A stretch of DNA of 64,000 nt from Hyaloraphidium curvatum SAG 235-1. Lineage: Eukaryota; Fungi; Monoblepharomycota. The notes under the pieces are model-generated. The model had not been told where the DNA came from, did no database searches, and worked only from the letters and a program-made list of their open reading frames with translations. This document shows, in pieces, positions 11,808-19,757 of the stretch (position 1 is the first letter of the stretch; the number at the start of each line of letters is the position of its first letter). Made by a program: the position numbers and the translations under genes. Location: contig JAIVFI010000003.1 of NCBI GenBank assembly GCA_025558095.1, positions 1-64,000 on the forward strand, given 5' to 3'.

Positions 11808-13668
11808 ATGGCCGCCGCCGGGCGTCACGGCCCCCGGGCGGGCGACACAGCCCTCGGTCTCCCGCGCCCGCTCGGTGTCCTCGCCCTCGCGTCGGCCGCC
11901 CTCCTCCTAGCCGGCCCTGCCTCGGGACAGCTCGTCAACCTCACGGAGCTCACCGAAGGCCCGCGGCCCTTCATCCGGATGACCTGCCGGAACGCGCAGC
12001 CGCCCTTTTCCTCAGTGTTCCAGAGCATCAGCAACACGACGTGCGGGGGCTATCTCGTCGATCTTTGGGTCGGTATTCGGCACGATTTCGATATCGAGGT
12101 CTGACGACAGCCTCGGCCATTTGCAGAACCAGATCGCCACCCGCACGCCCAACGGCTTCTTTTCCAACTTCACCATTACCCCCATGGGATCGGCCGACGC
12201 CATCGACGCCCTTTCGGTTGACGTGGGGACAAACACCTCGGAAGCAGACATCGCGCTCGGCTTCACGTCGATCAACGCGCAGCGCCTGGCCGAGTTTGAC
12301 TTTAGCATCGCCTATCTCGAAGGTGAGCCCAATACGCGCCCCAGCTCCCGGAGCCTCACTCCGCTCCCTCCCTCCAGCCGACTTTGGCGTCGTCCTCCGC
12401 CCCACCTCGATCGCCGCCCAGCTGAGCACCGGCAGCGGCACCGCGGCCTTCGTGCAGCTCGTCGTCTCGTCCCTCTTCACCCGTTCCCCCTGGGTCATCT
12501 TCTGCTTCTGCGCCCTGCTTATGCTGTTCCTCGCCGTCGCGATCGTGGTGTTCGAAGGCCGGACGGGGGACCCGCGGTACGAGGGGGGGAGCAGGATCGT
12601 CGCCCTGGCCCACGCGCTGTCGGTGTCGAGCGTCACGATCCTCACCCAGGCGCCCCAGGAGGACATCGTGAGCCTGGTCGTGCGGATGCTGGTCGGTGGG
12701 TGCTTCCTTCCCCCTTCTCGCCCTCGACGCCGGGTTGCTGATCAACTTCCGCTCGTCCAGGCCTGCTGGCAATCATATCTTTCTTCCTCATAATCATCAT
12801 CTCGGCCGTCGTCACCTCGTCTCTCACCGTCACCGGCCTCACCCAGGCCGCCCTGACCATCGACCAGCTCTCCGGGTACAGGATCGCCGTCGTCGCGGCG
12901 TCGACCACCGTCCCCCTGCTCCAGCTGAAGGGCATCCAGACGATCGAGGTGGAGGATTTCCCGTCCGCTGCGCGGGACTTCCTGGCCGGGAAGAGGCCGG
13001 ATCTGGACGGCATCACGAGCAACACCCCGACGCTCAGGTTCCTCTACAACCTCTACGCCTCAACCAGCTTTCCCGCCGTGTTTTCTACCACTTTCACGCA
13101 GAACGGTGCACATCCCCACTCTGCTCGCCACGCCCGGCTCGTCTCACCCCGCTCCGCTCCAGGCACCCGCTCCCTGTTCGCCCTCCCTGTCTCCGAGCTC
13201 TTCGAGCACCGCCCCCTGCTCAACATCATGCTCGAGCAGCTCCGCGCCGACGGCACGATACGCGACCTCAACGCACGGTACATCTCGCAGCCCGCCGAGC
13301 GCCCCCCCGGCGCGCTCCCGGACGTGGAGCAAAGCACCTTGACCGCGTGGCTGATCGCCACGGGGTGTGCGTACGCGGCGGTGCTGCTCGCATTCGGGGC
13401 GTGGGAGTGGTGGGAGCGGCGCCAGCAGCGGAAGCTTCAGGGGGCGAACGGAGGGGCGCAAGACGACGGCAAGGGCGAGTCGGGGCACCGGCACGCTTCG
13501 GCGTCGGTGCTGGACGGCGGATATGCGGGGCATCCGGGCGGGGCGGTGCTCGAGTTCGAGGGGATCGCGGTGCGGGTGCCTGCAAACAGGAGGGAGGCGG
13601 TGCGCAGGATCGTGGAGGGGATCGCGGAGATGTCGGGTGCGTGGGTGGATAAGGGGAGTGCGGGATAG
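11808..13668 (+). CDS. ionotropic glutamate receptor-like ligand-gated ion channel (SP-S1-M1-P-M3-S2-M4, no ATD)
   Basis: Introns 12069-12126, 12323-12377, 12696-12760 and 13106-13162 give one open frame. S1: PPF..GYLVDLWNQIA..DIALGFTSINAQRLAEFDFSIAYL. M1: WVIFCFCALLMLFLAVAIVVFE. Pore: HALSVSSVTILTQ. M3: RMLVGLLAIISFFLIIIISAVVTSSLT. S2: TIDQLSGYRIAVVAASTT..LNIMLEQLRADGTIRDLNARY. M4: LTAWLIATGCAYAAVLLAFGAWEWW. Confidence 0.85.
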
Positions 13669-13724
13669 CTGGATCCCGCGTCAAGTGGCGGATTGCGGAA
13701 ACAAAAGAGCCGGTCGCTGGGGGG

Positions 13725-13837
13725 GGCACCCCCGCGGCGGGGGGCTTCCACGCCTTCTTCGGCTTCCGCACGGACGGCTACGGCCGCGCCATCGCGGAGG
13801 GCCGAGTGTGGGGTTGTTTGGAAAGGATTGCGTGCAA
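13725..13837 (-). pseudogene. duplicated 5' fragment (upstream sequence plus about 23 codons) of NOP4
   Basis: ATG at 13792 reads MARP*PSVRKPKKAWKPPAAGVP versus NOP4 MARPKPIERRPEKAWKPPAAGLP. The upstream tgtggggttgtttggaaagg(a/g)ttg(c/t)gtgcaa is shared with 6410-6440. Confidence 0.85.
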
Positions 13838-13971
13838 TTACTGGCTCTCACCCCGCTCCCAGCTGCCAATTGCACATTGATTGAAACATGTGGGGCCAGA
13901 CTTTGTCTCTGCCTGGCAACCCTTTCGGCTCGATCCCCCGGATACACCGCGTCCCCCTCCTCATCAGAGAG

Positions 13972-14548
13972 CTAAGCGGCGCACGTCGCCGGCGGCGTGA
14001 CGTACGTCGCCCAATCAGGTGACGTAGACCAGCTGCTGCACGTGGCGAAGGTGAAACAGGCTTGAAGAGCCGCCCTGTAGTTTACTCCTATGCAGGTACC
14101 CGTGCACTTCGCGATGCACGCGTCGGAGGTGGCCACGCCCATTACAAGACCCCCGCCACCGGCGCTGGAGCAGCTCAATCCACCGGACGAGCAGAAGGTG
14201 AAGGGGACGTCTGCCGCATTGGATATCAGGTGGGTTCCGTGGCGAATGGGTACGGGGCGCACCGTAGCGGCGGTAGAGGGACCTCGCGGAATTGTGGGCG
14301 ATGCAGGCGACACGGTCGGCGGGAGCGCCGGGATAGGCGAACTCGCTGGAAGTCATGTGGAAGACGTGATCAGTCAGCGTGGAGAGTGCGGGGCGGCAGG
14401 GGGGCGCTGCGGCGCACCAGAAGTCGCCCGCGGAGCAGTCGGCGCAGGAGCGGCGGAAGACGGGCGGTGCCACCGGGTTCGCGGCAGCGCCCGCGACGAG
14501 GGCGAGGAGGACCAGCGCGGCCAGGCTGCGGAAGGCAGGTGGGGCCAT
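13972..14548 (-). CDS. small secreted Cys-rich protein, copy 2
   Basis: Introns 14417-14346 and 14262-14211 give MAPPAFRSLAALVLLALVAGAAANPVAPPVFRR-SCADCSAGDFCEFAYPGAPADRVACIAHNSARSLYRR-YDVPFTFCSSGGLSC...ACIAKCTGTCIGVNYRAALQACFTFATCSSW...YVTPPATCAA. Confidence 0.85.
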
Positions 14549-15389
14549 TCGGATCTGCGAACTGGAGTGATGAGGGGCGAGCTTCAAGGGACGAGGGCAA
14601 TGGACCTCGATCCCTACCTTGTCCCTGTGAGATAGGCAAAAGGCGATCGGCCCTCCACCGTCCGGCTCCCGCCCGACCACGGCTCCGCACACCTGTGCCC
14701 GAAACTCGCTCTATAGGTTGCCTAGCCTCGGCGCCGCGCTCGACCTGCGGGAGGCCGGGCGGCCAGGCTCGGACGAGTGGACCCCTGTTGCCGTCAGCCA
14801 CCAGCCGGATCCCTGGTAAAGGTACAGCCGCCCGTTCACGCTCCGCGCCGCCCGAGGGCCCCGGAGCGAAGGCGGAAGGGCGCGATCGCGCGCAGGGGCG
14901 CGATCGGAGGAGAAGGAGGAGGATGGTTAGTTTGCCACGAGTACACAAGTATTCGGAGGCGCCGGTGCCCTTTCGCGGGCTGTGTCACCCATTTATTCCA
15001 CATGCATTTCATTTTACGCAGCTCGCTCGGCTAGACGTCCGGCGAGGAGCGCATGTAAACCATGTGAACGCGGTGGGCGCGTGATTCGCCAATTAGCCGA
15101 CGGGGTCGTGCGTGCGGCCAAGCATAGCATCTGCCTTCTGTTTCCGGCGCTTACCTCCGACCTCGGGCCACAGCGCGCTCCTCCGCGCCGTACGCAGCGC
15201 AGAGCAAAGTGAGCAGGGTGTGTGATGGGACAAGTGCATCGCAGCGTGCCATTAGTGCGCTGCCACAATCCGTGGCCACCGGCAGGGACGCTCGGGAAGC
15301 CGGACGCCTCGGAAGGTTCGAAATCCAACAGGGAATCGCATGACGCTGATTTCCGCCCCCCATCAAGCATACCCGACACGAGGTAACTG

Positions 15390-15578
15390 CAACCGGCCCC
15401 AGCCCGTCACATGTTGGCCATCCCGGCGGTGTCGATCGAGTAGCTCGTCGCCGTCGCAAGCGCGCTCCCCACGCTCGCCAGGTAGACAACCGGGCGAGCG
15501 GGTTGATCGTCTATGTGGCGAGCGTGGAGAGCGCGTTTGCGACGCCGACGCCGGCCAGCATGTGACGTGTGCCGGTTG
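15390..15578. repeat. imperfect inverted repeat made of two back-to-back copies of the SDR 3' end
   Basis: 15497-15566 (+) matches 7908-7998 (gagcgggctgatcgtgtacctggcgagcctggagagcgcgttcgcgacg...catgtga). 15490-15407 (-) matches the same segment. caaccggc/gccggttg close the arms. Confidence 0.85.
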
Positions 15579-15692
15579 GAATGGGAATGCGCGGCGGGCT
15601 GCCGGCGAAAGAGATTCCCTTTTCGTGGTCGGCCCCCACCATCTGGTCCACCGAACCGACTGCCCAGTTCGCCTCAACGGCGTGTCCTCGCA

Positions 15693-16648
15693 TACGGAAA
15701 CCAATTTCCGCCAAAACAGAACGCTCGGACATTGGTACAGTCGGACATAGAGATTCAGTCCGAACCAGCCATGGGAGCTTCTGGCCGTGGCCTGAGGGCC
15801 CTGTTCCTTGCTGAGCTCGCCTCGTAGAGGCGATTGGCGGCCCTCTCCGGGCACGGAACCCATCCTAGACCCCGCCGGATCTGCAGTTCGCCGGCGCCCC
15901 GCCCTACGCGGCCTCCATGATTGGTTCCAAACGATCCAGAAAGCTTGTGCGGGAGCTTTTGTGGTCTCGAGTCGTGGCGGGGAACGAGGGGCCGTGTATC
16001 GTTGGAGCCGGCGCCTGCGCGAGGCATTCCTCTCCGTGGGGGACGCGTTCTGCATCCGGAAGCGAACGCGCACGATTCATGCCAATATTTGACGCGTGTT
16101 AATGTGTTGGAAGATATCTTTGCTGGCCATTTGCCTCTCTGAGCTTCCCGGGCCACTCTACACGGAGGTTCGGGGACCTCGGTCCCCTCCTCTCACCGGG
16201 ACCAGCGCCGAAGCTCGGACCTCGAGTTCAAAGTGCAGGCTGCAAAGTGAATATATTGGCAACACTGCATTACACGCTCGAAAGTCTGTCCTAGTCCCCT
16301 CCAGTCCTTCCGCGCACGCGTGTCTGAACTCGTCAATCCGCGGTCTGCGTTCTCTCATGTCTTCCTCCAACGCGCAGCATTTCTTGTTACTTGGCAGCGC
16401 GAAATGCGCGTCATAGCCGCCGGGTAGCGGCGCGGTCGGCTGATATCGGCGACCGCCGGGCACATGGCCGGCTGCCGGCCACGAAGGCAGCGCTTCCGTG
16501 CCTTCTCCCGGGCCCAGAAGCTTCCTCAACGCAGCGCGGCAACCGAAAATCATGGAGGCACCCAACCTTGTGGGATCCGCCAGGATGCTCGAGTATCCGA
16601 GTGTCCGAGTGTCCGCGCGTTTTGTTTTGGCGGAAATTGGTTTCCGTA
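15693..16648. mobile_element. non-autonomous TIR DNA transposon (956 bp) with IS3EU-like termini
   Basis: Left end TACGGAAACCAATTTCCGCCAAAACAgAACGCtCGGACA; the right end is its reverse complement (26 bp perfect, about 39 bp with 2 mismatches). Direct repeat CTCGCA at 15687-15692 and 16649-16654. No transposase inside. Confidence 0.9.
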
Positions 16649-16838
16649 CTCGCACGTCTCCGCGGTCCGGCCCGGGGATTCAACCTGCGGTCCGGCTCCG
16701 AGTGGTTTCGCAGCGAAGGACCCCGGCCGATATATCGGCGTTACGGGGTCCCGATAACGATACCGATCTCTTGCTCGAATTTCCGGACCGCCAGCGGTTC
16801 CGGGATGCGATCCGGCTGGCCGAGTGAGCCTAGCGACG

Positions 16839-16848
16839 GTGACGTCAC
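16839..16848. promoter_or_regulatory. CRE/ATF palindrome GTGACGTCAC upstream of secreted-protein copy 3
   Basis: 226 bp before the ATG at 17065. The context gacggtgacgtcacggg is identical to 9187-9203. Confidence 0.55.
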
Positions 16849-17064
16849 GGGGATACCCGGGCGAACCGGCGAACCCGCCGCGGGGCTCCCCGGGCCACCG
16901 CGAGCGACGAGACGCGCCGGAAGGGATAAGAAGCCGTATCATGCACGTGGCCGCGGGTTGCGGTGACTCGCCGGCCGCCTTGGGGAGGGGATGGTGGCAA
17001 GGCTAGGAGCCCAAGGACACTCACAGGTTCTGACTAATCCACACAGCGTTCCGCACCAACGACC

Positions 17065-17641
17065 ATGTCTGCCCCCCACACGCTGACCGCGCTCGTCCTC
17101 CTCGTTCTCGTCGCCGGTGCCGCCTCCGGGCCGGTCCCGGGCGCTGCGCCGGACGCCGTCTTCCGCCGGTCGTGCGCCGACTGCGGGGAAGGCGACTTCT
17201 GGTGCGCAGCCCCGGCCCACGCCCCGCTCCCACGGGCTGATAGCAGCACGTCGAATTGCCAGCGAGTTCGCCTATCCGGGCGCCCCCGCCGACCACGTCG
17301 CCTGCGTCACCCAATCTGCCCCCAAATCCCTGTACCGCCGCTACGGTGCGCTTCGGAGCCATTCGCCCCCAACCGCCCCGGCTGCTGACCGCTTCCCCCC
17401 AGCCTCCGCCTTCACCGCCTGTGCCGTGGACCGCGAGTGCAGCGCGGGCACCAACCCGGGCCAGCCCGAGTCCGTAGGGTCCGCGGCCGCGTGTCTCGCC
17501 CTCTGCACGGGAAGCTGCACCGTGGCTTCCTGGGATTGGTTGGGGACGTGCCGCACCTACGACGCGTGCGCAAGCTGGGGGATCATGATCGGCGGGGGGG
17601 GGCTGGCATACGTGACGGCGCCGTCGACGTGCCCCGCCTAG
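17065..17641 (+). CDS. small secreted Cys-rich protein, copy 3
   Basis: Introns 17202-17262 and 17346-17402 give MSAPHTLTALVLLVLVAGAASGPVPGAAPDAVFRR-SCADCGEGDFCEFAYPGAPADHVACVTQSAPKSLYRR-YASAFTACAVDRECSAG...ACLALCTGSCTVASWDWLGTCRTYDACASW...YVTAPSTCPA. The 3' flank matches that of copy 1. Confidence 0.85.
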
Positions 17642-17879
17642 CGGAAGAGGGGCGGCGCCGAACGAGGGGAATCTGGGAGTATTGGGATGGAGGGAACGAT
17701 GGAAAGAAAGAAGATTCCGGTTCTTTTGCAGGCGATGCATCGCCGACGATATCGACCGCTGCTCACTGGCTGGGCCTAGCGCCGCCGTCCCGCCCGTCGG
17801 AGCTTCAGGTGGCGAACAGGCTGTATGGACGACGGGCCAGACAAGTCCACTCCCATTCCTTCCTTCCCATTCCTCCCAT

Positions 17880-19595
17880 TCACACCCTCTTGCGCACCAC
17901 CCACCCCGCCCTGTCCATCCGCACCCACGCCATCACCACCCCCGACGCCGTCATCATCGTCCCCCCGAACATCTGCACGTACAGGTACGTGTCGGTTCGC
18001 ACCAGGGCGCCCGCGATGGGCGGGCCGGCGAGCGACGCCGCGGCGCCGGCAAAGTACATCAGGCCCATGGCGCTGGCGATCGAGTTGAGGCCGACGATTT
18101 CGGCGAGGGTCGGGGATTGCAGGGATACGAACCCGCCGGAGAAGAAGGCGTAGACCATGCCGAATGCGATGAGGGTGCCGAGTGTTGTCGCGAACGGCCA
18201 GAACAGTAACATGGATAGGCCGGCGAGGAAGATCGAAGACGCAAATGCGGTGAAGGGGCCGATTTTGTCCGACGCGATGCCGATGCCGATCCTGCCGATC
18301 GTGTTGCCGAGGTTCATGAGGCCCACGACGAGGGCGCCGTCCGAGGGCGACAGCCCGATGAAGGCGGCGTAGGTGGAGGCGAAGAAGAGGGGAATGAACA
18401 TCCCGAAGAGCCCGCACATGAAGGCGAACCACATGACGGTGAAGTGCTTGTTGCGGAAGAAGCTGAGGTCGATCACCTTGCGCTGCTTGCCGCGCAGCAC
18501 GCTGTACCGCGCCCGCAGGAGCAGCACGCAGATCCCCACCACGCCGACCTGGATGAGCGCCGTCGCCCGCTGCGCCCACGCCACCGAGTAGCGGTCGATC
18601 ATGTACTGCGTGAACGGCCCGAAGCAAAGCCCCCCCACTCCCGTCCCGCTCACGCACAACCCGATGGCCAGGCCGCGTCGCCGGCCGAACCACTGCGGTA
18701 TGGCGCTCATGTACGGGAACCAGGCGAAGCTCTGGCCCGTGCCGAAGAGGAACCCCTGCGTTATGGCGAGCTGCCACACCTCGGTGCAGAACGAGGCCGC
18801 GAGGAAGGAGGCGCCCAGGATCACCGCGCCGGCGGCGCAGACGATGCGGCCGCCAAAGAGGTCCGTCAGCCGGCCGGAGACGGGGCCCCACAGCGGGCAG
18901 CATGCCGAGGAGAGGGCGCCAATGAGCGAGACCGTGGTCACGGTGGCGCCCGGGATCGCGGAAGTGAAGTAGCGTTGGTACACTCCGAACGCCCATTGGG
19001 GCCCGAAGACGACAAAATGCAGGAAAAAGCACGCGAGGACGAGCCACCATCCGTAGCCGCCGTCCGGCGGGGGTCCCGGGTCGTCGTCCTCCAGGTCCTC
19101 TCCCGACGCGGGAGCAGCGAACTGCGCATCCGGATCGTCCCCTTTCCGGGCGGCGAGCTGCGACTCCGGATCGCCCCCTTTCCGGGCAGCGAGCTGCGAC
19201 TCCGGATCGCCCCCTTTTCCGGCAGCGAGCTGCGCGTCATCCAGATCGTCCCCTTTGCGCAAAGCGTCGCCCTTCTGCGGGTCTCCCTTTGCCGGGTCCG
19301 GTCCGTCGCAGAGCCGATGGTCCGTTGCCCCGCCCCCCCTCTCCCCGCCCCCCCTCTCCAAGTCCGTCGAATCTCCGCCGTCTGCAGGCATTTTGGGTAT
19401 CGCACCGTATCCGCCACCGCCCGCCACGGAGCTTTCCGTCCCTCCGTCCGCCGCAGCGTCGTCCGGGCGAAGCGGGGCCGGCGCCACCTCCGCGCCCCCC
19501 GCGTCCACGACGGAGCCCGCGGGCGCCCCGCCCTCCCCGGCCGTGCGCGGCGACCCCGCCGTCGAGTCCGACGCCGCGTCGTCGGGCGGGTCCAT
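17880..19595 (-). CDS. MFS monocarboxylate-porter family (MCT/MCH-like) transporter, intronless
   Basis: PPDGGYGWWLVLACF N-terminal signature, WFGRRRGLAIGL, GRIGIGIASDKIG, and about 12 hydrophobic segments. Confidence 0.93.
   Translation of the reverse strand: MDPPDDAASDSTAGSPRTAGEGGAPAGSVVDAGGAEVAPAPLRPDDAAADGGTESSVAGGGGYGAIPKMPADGGDSTDLERGGGERGGGATDHRLCDGPDPAKGDPQKGDALRKGDDLDDAQLAAGKGGDPESQLAARKGGDPESQLAARKGDDPDAQFAAPASGEDLEDDDPGPPPDGGYGWWLVLACFFLHFVVFGPQWAFGVYQRYFTSAIPGATVTTVSLIGALSSACCPLWGPVSGRLTDLFGGRIVCAAGAVILGASFLAASFCTEVWQLAITQGFLFGTGQSFAWFPYMSAIPQWFGRRRGLAIGLCVSGTGVGGLCFGPFTQYMIDRYSVAWAQRATALIQVGVVGICVLLLRARYSVLRGKQRKVIDLSFFRNKHFTVMWFAFMCGLFGMFIPLFFASTYAAFIGLSPSDGALVVGLMNLGNTIGRIGIGIASDKIGPFTAFASSIFLAGLSMLLFWPFATTLGTLIAFGMVYAFFSGGFVSLQSPTLAEIVGLNSIASAMGLMYFAGAAASLAGPPIAGALVRTDTYLYVQMFGGTMMTASGVVMAWVRMDRAGWVVRKRV
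19112..19240. repeat. 36-nt in-frame tandem repeat, about 3.5 copies, in the MFS N-terminal tail (KGGDPESQLAAR)
   Basis: The unit ggcagcgagctgcgactccggatcgccccctttccg is repeated with few substitutions. Confidence 0.85.
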
Positions 19596-19757
19596 CAGTC
19601 CGGAGGGTCTGTCGGAAACGGTGGAGGCGGACGGAGACAGCGGGTGGCCAAGTAGCCCGCGGGCTCACTCTGTTCACCTCGAGGCTCAACGCACCACCAT
19701 TGCGACAACTCGATCCACAAACAACCGCAACGCAACTACACGACTGCAACGATCCGA

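Noticed and set aside
16158-16655. ORF inside the TIR element as a transposase
   Set aside because: No DDE or DNA-binding motifs, and it starts within the TIR itself.
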